Shown: positions 24,068 through 36,300 of the stretch, piece after piece
Numbering within the stretch: position 1 is the stretch's first letter
Layout of the letters: each line of letters opens with the position of its first letter
Source: Euglena gracilis
Lineage: Eukaryota
Direction of reading: 5' to 3'
NCBI GenBank assembly: GCA_039621445.1
Contig: CP154954.1
Span: 7,265,425-7,329,424, forward strand
DNA length: 64,000 nt
Position numbers and translations under genes: made by a program
The notes under the pieces: generated by a model
What the model was told of the DNA's origin: nothing
Seen by the model: the letters and a program-made list of their open reading frames with translations, nothing else
Database searches by the model: none

Positions 24068-27000
24068 AGGTACCAAAAATCCAAGGACACGGACTACAGA
24101 GGCTACTAGAAAGGAGGTGACAGGAGTCGCGACCCTAGTCATCCCCTGCCCAGTATCCTGTCTGGTCAGTGTGCAAGGATTTTCTGGTGTCCCCGCTCAA
24201 AATTTACATGAACCTTTGACATATAGACCGTTTTGTGTTTCCGGTTGTGGTTCATCATGGGATAGCCCATGAATGTCCATGTGGTTGAGTGGATTCCCGC
24301 TCCAAGAATGCACACAACACCGCAAAATTCCCCCCCCTCAAACTTCCACTAATCATCATTTTTACATACCGTTTTCGATGACAGCAACACCGTTTTCCAC
24401 AACACCAACACCGTTATCAACCCGGGGTAAAGAGAAAGTGCCCCCCCCCCTACCCACTGCATATCCACAAACGTTCCACATGCGGTAGGGGTAACAAGTA
24501 GCTTAACCCCCATTCGTTCCACTGGGTTCCAAGACGAAAGCCCTAAGGCCTGAAGTTTAAACGGTGTCGAGTAGTCGCCCAGCTGCTTTCAACTTTCCGT
24601 TTTCCACCAGGTTTGTCGATTCAGACAATCCTGTACACCCCCAGCAGCTCCAAAATTCGCTTGCTTCAATTTTTTTCCCCACACTCACCCCCGCAGACCG
24701 ACATGCGCGACCAGGACAACTACTCCGCACCTTCCCCCCATGGTGTGCACTCTGGGAGAACTTTCCACACAATCACCAACCAAACACAAAGGTGAATATA
24801 TACATCAAAACTAATCCCCCCACACTCTATCTCCAACGGAGAGCTCTATTCATTGACAAATTTTTGTCAAGTGCAAGACAAATTCAGCACTATGTGCACA
24901 CTCCCCCCGAAGCGCATAGCGCACATCAATGCCGATGCGCATAGCTCACATTCCTCCGCAAGCGCTAATTGCGCACACCACGCGTCGCGCGAATCCTGCG
25001 CATATCGCGCTTCCAAGCCTACCCCCCACGCACATGTTGCGCAGTGTAGCAACTGTCCCCCCCCCACGCGTATCGCGCCATATCATGCGCGTATCGCGCT
25101 AGACCCCGCGCGTATCGCGCCACCCACCTTAGCAACCCCCCTTTCTCATAATGTCGTGTGAGCACTATCGTGCATTTATGACATATGGGTATACGCCCAA
25201 ACCACCCATATTCTTTTGGGAATCATTCCCAAAGATATATGTGTGGAAATCCGCAACTCTGTTCGTGGATGTTTGTTTCTGTACCACATGATCAAATTGC
25301 AGATTTTGTTTGATGACAGCAAACAAGAAGTGAAGTTTTATGTGAATACGGTTCTTTGCCCAATCCATTCCCACACCCAAAATATTTTGGTGTTCCCAAA
25401 GCTCTATAGAGCAACACAAGACATGTGATAAAGTTTTTGGGATGTATTGCAAATACTGCATTTTTCCCGAAAACTTATCCAACTTGTGCTTAAATAGCAG
25501 TTTTGTGCCTAAATGGCTTATACTTTGGCAAAATGCAATCCCGATATGGGAAAATGCTCACAATTTCATTTCTTTTATGTGCAACATAGTTTCCCACCCC
25601 AAAAGAAAATGAAGAAAATTCATTCAAACATGAATGGATTTTGTGGACTTGACCACTTGCCTTAGGTCTATGTGACCAATACACCCTATGATGTGCAAGG
25701 TCTATGGGCCATTACCCATGTGGTCCATGGGTCCATAGGACCAATTTGCACAAAATGCAAGGACCAAAAGGACCAAAGGCCCACAAATACATATTTTAGA
25801 GTGAAAAGTCCATAGGACCTCAAAAAATGGCACAAAAAGCCATATTACATGGCTGAAAGTGGCTAAATTGGCCAAAACAAGCCAAATAGGCTAGTTTTAT
25901 GCAGATTTGCATAAGTGTCACTTTGGCATAGCCTCAAAACCACCACAAAAGCTTCAAAATTTCTGGCACCTCGTGCCATGAGGTTTTGACAGTATGTAGT
26001 AGTGCCTATGAGATAGAAACCAAAAGTTGTCTTTGTAGAATAAATTATGGGAGCTTATAGCAAAAGCTCACTCACACAGGCAAAAGATCAAAGACGTATC
26101 TCAGCGCCTGTAGCTGGCCGATAGGCCATGTTACCCCTCATTCGAAAGCTCGTTAGATGAGCCGTCCGGCGGTGCAATCAGATCGCTGTAACTCCACACG
26201 GTACTCTTATTTGAGGAGATCGTGAAAAATTGAATTAAGCCAAGCCAATCCGGCCAAAAGCCAAATTTTGAGCCAGATCTTGTACGATCGTGTACCAGAC
26301 TGGCAAATCAGCCTGTAAGGCTTCTATACTGTTCCCTACATCGTTTCTGATGGCTAATTACCATTGGTTACCAGATTGGCTAATGGCCATTTTTTTAGTA
26401 CCTTTGGCAGCATTCTGCCCATTGCCCCATCTGTATGGGCTATCATGCCTGGTACAGTTCAGAGGGCTATAGCCCACAATTTGGAGTCATTTCGACTCAC
26501 TAGAATCATTTTTAGGAGCACTTATGTGCAAATTTTCATTTAAATCATTGATTTTCTGCAATTTTTGGTGACTTTTCCCTATTCTGGCACTCATATCCCT
26601 AATGGGAGTGACCATGAGGCACTATGCCAGAGTGGAATGCAAAGGGATATGCTGATAATCGCAATTTTTCCTTTGCTCAAGATGTCATAGACATGTTTTA
26701 CTTGTATTTTCAAGCGTATTTTTGCTTTTTGCGATATTTTTGCACAATTTTACAGCTTTTTGGGTGATGCGGTGTTATTAGACACCCAAATCCCAAAATC
26801 TGTAAAACAACAGCAAACATGCAGTGTTGTTGGACACTCTCAACAAGCACTATGTGCACTTGGCAAATATGCAGTCTTAAAAGACTCAAAATGCAACAAA
26901 GTTGCACTTTTGGTTGCAAAAATGCCATACTCGACGCAGAATCTGCATTTCTGCCCTAAATCCTGATAGGGATTTCCCTAAAAATCTGATATAAGTCAGT

Positions 27001-27088
27001 ATATCTCAGTGACATAGTCACTAATGATGAGATTTTGTCATATTTGCAGTGTTTTTTTTTCCAGCTTACCACACTAACGGCATTCTTG

Positions 27089-27185
27089 CCCCCCCCCCAC
27101 TTTATTAGTGGGACCCCCTTACCGATATAATTCGGACCCCCCCCCCACTTTATTCAGTGGGACCCCCTTACCGATATAATTCGGA
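27089..27185. repeat. Two-copy ~49-bp tandem repeat in the C internal region (also ~54126-54229)
   Basis: poly-C-actttatt(c)agtgggacccccttaccgatataattcgga x2. Confidence 0.8.
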
Positions 27186-28414
27186 GGACCCAATGGTCAT
27201 CATGTGCAACACCAATGGTGTCATTCTGCAAGGTTTATAAGAACCATAGCTCAAAAATGGTGAAATCCAGCTTTTTGTGATGAATTTCACCGCACGGGAA
27301 CAATGTTCCATCCTTTTATGTGCATTCACAGTTCATTTGCGGTTTTTCAAAGTGGTATAAGCCACACCAACCACAGTTGTTTTCTGTGAATTGGCAGCAG
27401 CCTGCCACATTTCCGCATTTTTTCCGCGGTTGTACACATCAGTATGACCTTTTTGGCAATCTGCCGAAATTTTTGATTCGGGTATACACCCATTAGTATT
27501 TTTGTGCCATGCATATACCGCAAGGCAATGTTTCTGGGCGATAAAGCCTACCCCCTTCCCCATTATTTTTGGCTAATGCCAACCATTCAGCCTACAGGCT
27601 GCACACCCAAGGCACAAATGCCAAATCTACAGTTTTTAGGGCTACTGCCCGCTATTCTGAGGTATAAGCCACTGGGGATACCCCATCGACAACATTGTGC
27701 TCGCGCTGCACTGTGAAGACTTCACGGCGGTATATGCCGCAGTAAGAAGACGCACAGCGTACAGCGCGCACACCGTAATAATAGGGCCAACTTGTTACTT
27801 TTCGGCCTTAAGGCCCCCATAAGACTGCCAGACAGCAAAAATTCTTTGTAAGGTCTTTAGACCAGCCCCCCACCTCTCTCCCCTTTCCCCCCCGGGCAAA
27901 ATCGCTGTCGCCGGCAGTTGGTTTTGTAAATAGGCTTTCCTCCCTGGTCAGGTATGACTGGCCAGGTGCCCCTCCTTCCACACCCTACCCTTCAATCTTT
28001 TCTGATTATGGAATGAGACCTCCCCGCGTGTCATAGACACACCCCAAACCGGGTGGATGGGACTTTCTGGAATGGAAACCTTCCAGCCCCATTTTCCAAT
28101 GGGCTCTTCCACTTCCACCCCTTTACCGCAATAAGTAGTTAGCCGCATAACCTGATAACCTCTTTTGCGCGTTTTGGGTTGTTGGGTTCCCCTCTCTTCC
28201 TTCCCTTTCTGGTTTATCAACCTTGTGATGGAGAAGCAGACCCAAGATATGCTTTCCTGGTGTACCTTCCTCATTCTTAGAGCTACGCTTGAATCCTTGC
28301 TGGCCTGGTCCAGTAAGGAAATCGGGCAAAGCCCTGGGAGGGGGATGTGTACCAGGCAGCATGAACATGGCACTGTGCATAGCAGCAGACTGCAGAATTG
28401 TGTAGGTAGATATT

Positions 28415-30361
28415 GTATGGTCGTCGAGGATATCCTCGAAGAACCTGCCAGTCCCACAGCACGCACCTCGTTAGGAGGCCGTGTGCTCGGCGCCGTAGTC
28501 ACCGGCATTACTGCCGTGGCTGCTGCACTAACGCCACGAGGTGGAGGCGTAGCATCAAGCTCCGCCGCCGAGGTTGTGGAGACACCAGATGTCGGTGTCC
28601 CCGCACCCCCATCTCCGGCGGCAATCGGAAACACCGATTCCGGTGACGACCACAGTGCCACGCATCGTCGGACAGGATGAACCTGCTCGGCGACGGCCGG
28701 CTGAACAACCCCAGGAACGAGCGCCGACCCCTCGGAGCGTCATGCGCGACCCAGCGGTCAGTATGCCCGTTTCGCCCAGACGGCAAACGTCTACTCCGGC
28801 ACCATCGGCTCCTGATACCAGGAGTAAGCCGCAGGCGTCGTCTCCTGATTCCAGGAGTGCGAAGCCGAAAGGAGGCAAACCAGGTGCTGCACCCTGTAAG
28901 CCCCCTTCCAAAGGCGGTGATGGGAAACCACCACCGAAAAGGTGGCGCTGGAGGTCAGCCTGGCGGACAGCCGAAAGGCCCTACGACAATGCACGACTAT
29001 TCGGCCGTTGCATCGTCCGGGTACGGCCAGAGCAAACCGAAAGGTAAGGCTCGTGGTCGACAGGCCCAATCCTCCGCCGGATCGACGGATGAGGAGCAGG
29101 ATGAACCTGCTTCACCTCCTGTGTCTGCGGATGCCCAGCGCTGGACCCAGGATATCCTGACCAGACTAGGCACCGTGGAAGAGAGGACGAAGAAACTGGC
29201 TGCTATTAGGCACCAGAAAGGGTCACTGAATCAATGGATTCAGCCCCTCTTCGTCCGAGGAGAACCATTCCACTATGTCCCGGAACATACCTGGACATTC
29301 TGGAACAGGCGCTCACCCAGAGTACTGGCACAGTACTTTGGCGAGGACTGCGTGTTGGATTTCCAGCACGGCACGTCCTTTGCCTGGACGTGCACCGTGT
29401 GCCACCATGTGCGGCACAACCAACCGCTTGTGCATGTGTGCAAGCGGCAGGTGCAATCCTCGTGGTTCCATCACAGGGCATATGTGCCGAACTGTGTGGC
29501 GCTCGTATGTGGCGAGTGCCTGAATGCCTGGAAGCACAGCTTGAACTACTCCTACAGTGAGAATGCTCACGACAGGGATATCCCTGCCTTGTGCATCAAC
29601 TGTATAGGAGGCAAGTTCGTGCAGACTGATGGAGCAGTCACCACCATTGTGTCCCCCAGCACTGGGAGACACTGGAGAAGTGGAAGAAGGAGTACAAGCA
29701 GGTGGAAGGCCGCGTGAAGCACTCCGACTATCGATAGGTAGAAAGCTACCGCCACACGGGAATGGCCCGTGAGTTCCAGATCGACGCTGGGGCAATGCGC
29801 CTCGCCGTCGAGGAACACGCCAAGGTAAGAATGCCTTACCTCTGGACTGATGGCGACTGGGAGACACAGGTTTACCCCCTGTTCTCCAAGCGTCAGCATG
29901 GCGGATACGCCTTGCCACTGTGGCCTCCTGAAGAACACGATTTGGTGGACTTCAGAGGTTGGTTGGCGGCTGTATTACGGCCCCATACCGCAAGAGCTCG
30001 GACAGCGAGGTGGATGTATGACATCAACTTCAAGCAGACCCCGGGGATGCCCCCGCAGGTGCCTGCGAATCACCCCCGGATGAATTACATCATCTGGCCG
30101 GTGATGCTGCCCAGAATTTTCTGGGAGCAACTCCAACGGTATCTTCAGCATCATGCTGAACGTACCAGGGAGAAGCTGCCGGATAATTGGATCAAGGACT
30201 GGGAGACCCCTTCCTTTGATGTCAACGATCCGGAGCTCAACACCATTCGGAGTGAATCAGCTCCGCCGCGTTCCCCACGCCAACTGGAGTTGGTTGAGGA
30301 CCCATTAGGGGACCCCCAACACGACTACTGGCGTGAAGGTCCGCGAACGTCCAGCCGATAA
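28415..30361 (+). pseudogene. 3' part of the family B extra ORF (unknown protein), left-arm copy
   Basis: Reverse-complement homolog of 33368-35551 with indels. Confidence 0.7.
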
Positions 30362-31183
30362 AGGCAGGTGAGGTGTCTGTCAGCGCCAATGCGGCGTCTT
30401 TCAGCACCCTCGTCAGGTATTCGCCTGACACCCTGTTTGGGTATTCGCCCGAACAGCCCCTTCGAAGACCCTTTGCGGTATTCGCCGCTAGTAAGTTCCC
30501 ACCGGGATGCTGCCATGTGCAGGATTCCGTGCGCATGCATGCACACCCCTCTCCCCTCTCCCCTCTCGCGGGCGTGCGACACGCAGCGCACAGGGCCGAC
30601 GGCCTTTCTTTTCTTTTCGGCCGTTTGAGGCCTTAAGGCTGCCAGACAGCACAACTTTTTGGCCTAAGCCAACCCCCCACTCCTCTCTACTTTCCCCCCG
30701 GGGCAAATGCTGTCGCCGGCAGTTGGTTTTGTAGAGTAGGATTTCCTTTTGCGTGGTCAGGTTTGACTGGCCATGCGCCCTGCCCAGGTTTGACTGGTCA
30801 GAGGCCCCCTCCTTCCACACCCTCCCCATGGGTTTTCCTGGAATGCCCATGGACCCAACCCCAAGTGCCTTGGGCACACCCAAACTGGGTGGATGGGTTT
30901 GCTTGGCAAGGAAACCCGCCAGCCCCATTTTCCCCAGTGGGCTATAATATACTATATACCCATAAGCCACCGCAGAATAGGTGAAACGATTTTGCGCGTT
31001 TTAGGCTTTTTGGGTCCCCTCCTTTCCGCCCCCCCCCCCCGTTTGAGTGGACCCCTGTGCGACGGAAAGGGCCCCTGTGGATGCGCCAAGGTGCACCTCC
31101 CACAGACCAGGTCTGTGTCCGAAATCCCTGTGGCCAGAATGCCTGGTCCAAAGGGGAAATCGGGCATAGCCCTGGGAGGGGGA

Positions 31184-31510
31184 TGTGTACCAGGCGTATG
31201 CTTCTGTCCCCTTCCGTTGAGGAAGTTAGGATGGAAGCAGATCCTATTAGGATCTCCTAATGGGTGCCCCTTCTCTCTCTCAGTTTTTATTGTCTTCTGT
31301 TATCTTCTTTATACCTTTTCCTTCCTTTCCATCGGACCGGACTTGGATTTCCAGTCCGTCCTCCCCGCATTGCTTCGTGCTTTGCTTCTTGGGAAGTGGG
31401 AAAAGGGTATTTACTGTTACTCTGATTTTCAGTTCCCAAGTAGGTGCGCCAAGGCGAAAGCGAAGGCTTTTGGGAATTGGGACAGGGGAATTGGGAATCA
31501 GACGTACACT
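31184..31510 (+). repeat. Family B 3' LTR (left arm)
   Basis: Preceded by the PPT, followed by TSD GATTT. Confidence 0.92.
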
Positions 31511-31594
31511 GATTTACCCACTAATGTACCGATTTTTGAAGACTTTTGTGGTAAAATATTACCACCCTTGCAAGAAATCATTTTTCGTGTATGT

Positions 31595-32227
31595 TGAAAA
31601 CCGTCCTCTAGATCGAAAATTGACCACAACCGGTTTTCCGATTGTTTGGTGATCAAATCCTCGATCAGGGGGAGCGGGAAGGGATCATCCCTTGTTTGGG
31701 AGTTCAGGTACCGGTAATCCAGCACCAGTCTCCATTTCTTCTGACCTGAGGGGTCTGGGGGTTTAGGAACAACGAATGCCTGGGATGTCCACTCGCTTTT
31801 CGAGGGTACAATCCACTTGCGCTGGATGAGCTTCTCAATCATCTCGTTGAGAGCTTGTTCGCGTTCTCCCGAACAACGAAAAAATTTCCGGTGCATTGGC
31901 TTGGCTCCATCCTTAAGCTCGATCTTACAAACACCGAAATACCGCGATCGCGGGGTCGATGTCGCACGCGTATACTGGATTTTCCAGCACACCGTGAAAT
32001 TCGCGGGTAATCCGCGAACAGAATTCGGCTGACTTAGGATGCTGACCTGCACTCTCGATGACTGCGGAAACCACCAGGGTATCCATGGGGCTACCGAGCT
32101 TCCTCGGCACCGAAAATTCGGACATTCCGAATGCATCGAAGAAACATACGCGAAAAATGATTTCTTGCAAGGGTGGTAATATTTTACCACAAAAGTCTTC
32201 AAAAATCGGTACATTAGTGGGTAAATC
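31595..32227 (-). pseudogene. pol: Family A pol continuation: end of the MTase-like domain and RT N-terminal part, broken at the inversion junction
   Basis: KIELKDGAKP..PSKSEWTSQAFVVPKP..KWRLVLDYRYLN..FPLPLIEDL..FDLEDGF. Confidence 0.9.
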
Positions 32228-33367
32228 AGTGTACGTCTGATTCCCAATTCCCCTGTCCCAATTCCCAAAAGCCTTCGGTTTCGCCTTGGCGCACCTACTT
32301 GGGAACTGAAAATCAGAGTAACAGTAAAAACCCTTTTCCCACTTCCCAAGAAGCAAAGCACGGAGCAATGCGGGGAGGACGGACTGGAAATCCAAGTCCG
32401 GTCCGATGGAAAGGAAGGAAAAGGTATAAAGAAGAATACCACCTGTGGAGAGAGAAGGGGCACCCATTAGGAGATCCTAATAGGATCTGCTTCCATCCTA
32501 ACTTCCTCAACGGAAGGGGACAGAAGCATACGCCTGGTACACATCCCCCTCCCAGGGCTATGCCAGATTTCCCCTTTGGACCAGGCATTATGGCCACAGG
32601 GATTTCGGACACAGACCTGGTCTGTGGGAGGTGCACCCTGGCGCATCCACAGGGGCCCTTTCCGTCGCACAGGGGTCCACTCAAAGGTGGGGGGGCGGAA
32701 AGGAGGGGACTCAAAAAGTCTAAAACGCTCAAAATGGTTTCACCTATTCTGCGGTGGCTTATGGGTATATAGTATATTATAGCCCACTGGGGAAAATGGG
32801 GCTGGCAGGTTTCCTTGCCAAGCAAACCCATCCACCCAGTTTGGGTGTGCCCAAGGCACTTGGGGTTGGGTCCATGGGCATTCCAGGAAAACCCATGGGG
32901 AGGGTGTGGAAGGAGGGGGCCTCTGACCAGTCAAACCTGGGCAGGGCGCATGGCCAGTCAAACCTGACCACGCAAAAGGAAATCCTACTCTACAAAACCA
33001 ACTGCCGGCGACAGCATTTGCCCCGGGGGGAAAGTAGAGAGGAGTGGGGGGTTGGCTTAGGCCAGAAAAGTTGTGCTGCCTGGCAGCCTTAAGGCCTCAA
33101 ACGGCCGAAAAGAAAAGAAAGGGAAAGGAAAAGAGGCCGTCGGCCCTGTGCGCTGCGTGTCGCACGCCCGCGAGAGGGGAGAGGGGAGAGGGGTGTGCAT
33201 GCATGCGCACGGAATCCTGCACATGGCAGCATCCCGGTGGGAACTTACTAGCGGCGAATACCGCAAAGGGTCTTCGAAGGGGCTGTTCGGGCGAATACCC
33301 AAACAGGGTGTCAGGCGAATACCTGACGAGGGTGCTGAAAGACGCCGCATTGGCGCTGACAGACACC

Positions 33368-36300
33368 TCACCTGCCTTTATCGGCTGGACGTTCGCGGAC
33401 CTCACGCCAGTAGTCGTGTTGGGGGTCCCCTAATGGGTCCTCAACCAACTCCAGTTGGCGTGGGGAACGCGGCGGAGCTGATTCACTCCGAATGGTGTTG
33501 AGCTCCGGATCGTTGACATCAAAGGAAGGGGTCTCCCAGTCCTTGATCCAATTATCCGGCAGCTTCTCCCTGGTACGTTCAGCATGATGCTGAAGATACC
33601 GTTGGAGTTGCTCCCAGAAAATTCTGGGCAGCATCACCGGCCAGATGATGTAATTCATCCGGGGGTGATTCGCAGGCACCTGCGGGGGCATCCCCGGGGT
33701 CTGCTTGAAGTTGATGTCATACATCCACCTCGCTGTCCGAGCTCTTGCGGTATGGGGCCGTAATACAGCCGCCAACCAACCTCTGAAGTCCACCAAATCG
33801 TGTTCTTCAGGAGGCCACAGTGGCAAGGCGTATCCGCCATGCTGACGCTTGGAGAACAGGGGGTAAACCTGTGTCTCCCAGTCGCCATCAGTCCAGAGGT
33901 AAGGCATTCTTACCTTGGCGTGTTCCTCGACGGCGAGGCGCATTGCCCCAGCGTCGATCTGGAACTCACGGGCCATTCCCGTGTGGCGGTAGCTTTCTAC
34001 AAATAGGAAGTCGGAGTGCTTCAGGCGGCCTTCCACCTGCTTGTACTCCTTCTTCCACTTCTCCAGTGTCTCCCAGTGCTGGGGGACAATGGTGGTGACT
34101 GCTCCATCAGCAGTCTGCACGAACTTGCCTCCTATACAGTTGATGCACAAGGCAGGGATATCCCTGTCGTGAGCATTCTCACTGTAGGAGTAGTTCAAGC
34201 TGTGCTTCCAGGCATTCAGGCACTCGCCACATACGAGCGCCACACAGTTCGGCACATATGCCCTGTGATGGAACCACGAGGGATTGCACCTGCCGCTTGC
34301 ACACATGCCAAGCGGTTGGTTGTGCCGCACATGGTGGCACACGGTGCACGTCCAGGCAAAGGACGTGCCGTGCTGGAAATCCAACACGCAGTCCTCGCCA
34401 AAGTACTGTGCCAGTACTCTGGGTGAGCGCCTGTTCCAGAATGTCCAGGTATGTTCCGGGACATAGTGGAAAGGTTCTCCTCGGACGAAGAGGGGCTGAA
34501 TCCATCGATTCAGTGACCCTTTCTGGTGCCTAATAGCAGCCAGTTTCTTCGTCCTCTCTTCCACGGTGCCTAGTCTGGTCAGGATATCCTGGGTCCAGAG
34601 CTGGGCATCCGCAGACACAGGAGGTGAAGCAGGTTCATCCTGCTCCTCATCCGTCGATCCGGCGGAAGATTGGGCCTGTCGACCACGAGCCTTACCTTTC
34701 GGTTTGCTCTGGCCGTACCCGGACGATGCAACGGCCGAATAGTCGTGCATTGTCGTAGGGCCTTTCGGCTGTCCGCCAGTCTGACCTCCAGCGCCACCTT
34801 TCGGTGGTGGTTTCCCATCACCGCCTTTGGAAGGGGGCTTACAGGGTGCAGCACCCGGTTTGCCTCCTTTCGGCTTCGCACTCCCGGAATCAGGAGACGA
34901 CGCCTGCGGCTTACTCCTGGTATCAGGAGCCGATGGTGCCGGAGTAGACGTTTGCCGTCTGGGCGAAGCGGGCATACTGACCGCTGGGTCGCGCATGACG
35001 CTCCGAGGGGTCGGCACTCGTTCCTGGTGTTGTTCAGCCGGCCGTCGCCGAGCAGGTTCATCCTGTCCGACGATGCGTGGCACTGTGGTCGTCACCGGAA
35101 TCGGTGTTTCCACAGGCGCTGGCGCTCCCAGAAACTCTGCCACTGTTCCTCCGGACGGCAGGGACCCTGCGCGGTGTCGGTGGTCGTGGGGGTATCTCCT
35201 CCACTTCAATTTCGACATCCGGTCTGGGAGGTTGATCCTCCACAACCGCTGGCGCAGGTGCTACGGGAGGTTGATCCTCCGCTGTAGCCGGTGCGACAGA
35301 TGGCTCTGTCGGCTGGGGTTCATCCCCTGATGGTGGTTGCACTGCTGCCGGAGATGGGGGTGTGGGGACACCGACATCTGGTGTCTCCACGACCTCAGCG
35401 GCGGAGCTTGATGCGACGCCTCCACCTCGTGGCGTTAGTGCAGCAGCCACGGCAGTAATACCAGTGACTACGGCGCCGAGCACACGGCCTTCTAACGAGG
35501 TGCGTGCTGTGGGACTGGCAGGTTCTTCGAGGATATCCTCGACGACCATACCAGTCACCTCGGCTGGAGGCTCAGCCGTTGGAACAGGCGTAGCAGCCAC
35601 AGGTATATCCCCTGCGGGTGCTTCGTCTGGCCTAGGCTGTGCCGGAGCATGCAGAGCAGCGTAGAGGATATCCTCCACGTTCTCACCTTCCTCCTCAGGA
35701 AGTTCCTGGTCTCCACCTACCGGTGGACAGACGGGAGCCGTCGCTGGGGCCGGGGAAACCGATCGTTCCCCTGCCGCTCGCGGGGCAGAGACGAATGATA
35801 CAGCCGTTCCTGTCGGAGACGGCGGCGCTGCCTCCAGTATGGTGACGGAGGGGCTGCGGTCGCGTTCCTCCCGCCGCGGAATCGCGGAGGTGGAAGCGAC
35901 TGACGCCTCACGTCTCCTTCGCGCCAGAGGTTCATCCTCTGGGGCGATGAAGGCGCGCAGATCCTCGGGCGAACGAGGATCGTCGGGGTGCCATCGGCAT
36001 CCCTGGGCATCCGCCAGCCTGTACAAGGCCAGCGTACTGCTACTGGCACTGTTGGGCCAGGGTGGCGGCCATGATGGCTGCACCCAAGCGTTTGCAGGCC
36101 TGTTCGGGCCCAGGAAGCCGCGGTAACGCGTGTCTTCCCAGACCTCGAAAAACCCGTCCTCGAACTCCTGCACGCATGCCAGAATCTATATTACCCAGGT
36201 CGAGGATGGCCTTCGGGTAATTCATCAGCTGGAGGAATACCTCCCTGTCGAGGGTACCGCCAAACTGTCACCTCAAATGTTCCTCCAGGTCTATCCCGGC

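Larger units (their letters stand above)
20815..28398 (+). mobile_element. Family C gag-only LTR element, left copy (3' LTR truncated to ~53 bp; PBS array and gag 5' end deleted)
   Basis: 5' LTR 20815-21234, partial PBS TGGTAG, PPT then 3' LTR start at 28346; no TSD. Confidence 0.88.
16800..31510 (+). mobile_element. Family B LTR retrotransposon, left-arm copy (pol replaced by a family C copy)
   Basis: LTRs 16800-17114 and 31184-31510; TSD GATTT at 16795-16799 and 31511-31515; PBS at 17115; PPT GGGAGGGGGA at 31174-31183. Confidence 0.93.
12094..31595 (+). repeat. Left arm of a large inverted duplication (partner 32143-50810)
   Basis: Same A gag/pol, the same B insertion at the same GATTT site and the same 5'/3' LTR diagnostic base (gacgCacact vs gacgTacact), in reverse complement. 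Confidence 0.93.

Noticed and set aside
25163..25167. CACTA transposon end inside C
   Set aside because: No matching terminal inverted repeat, 3-bp TSD or transposase found
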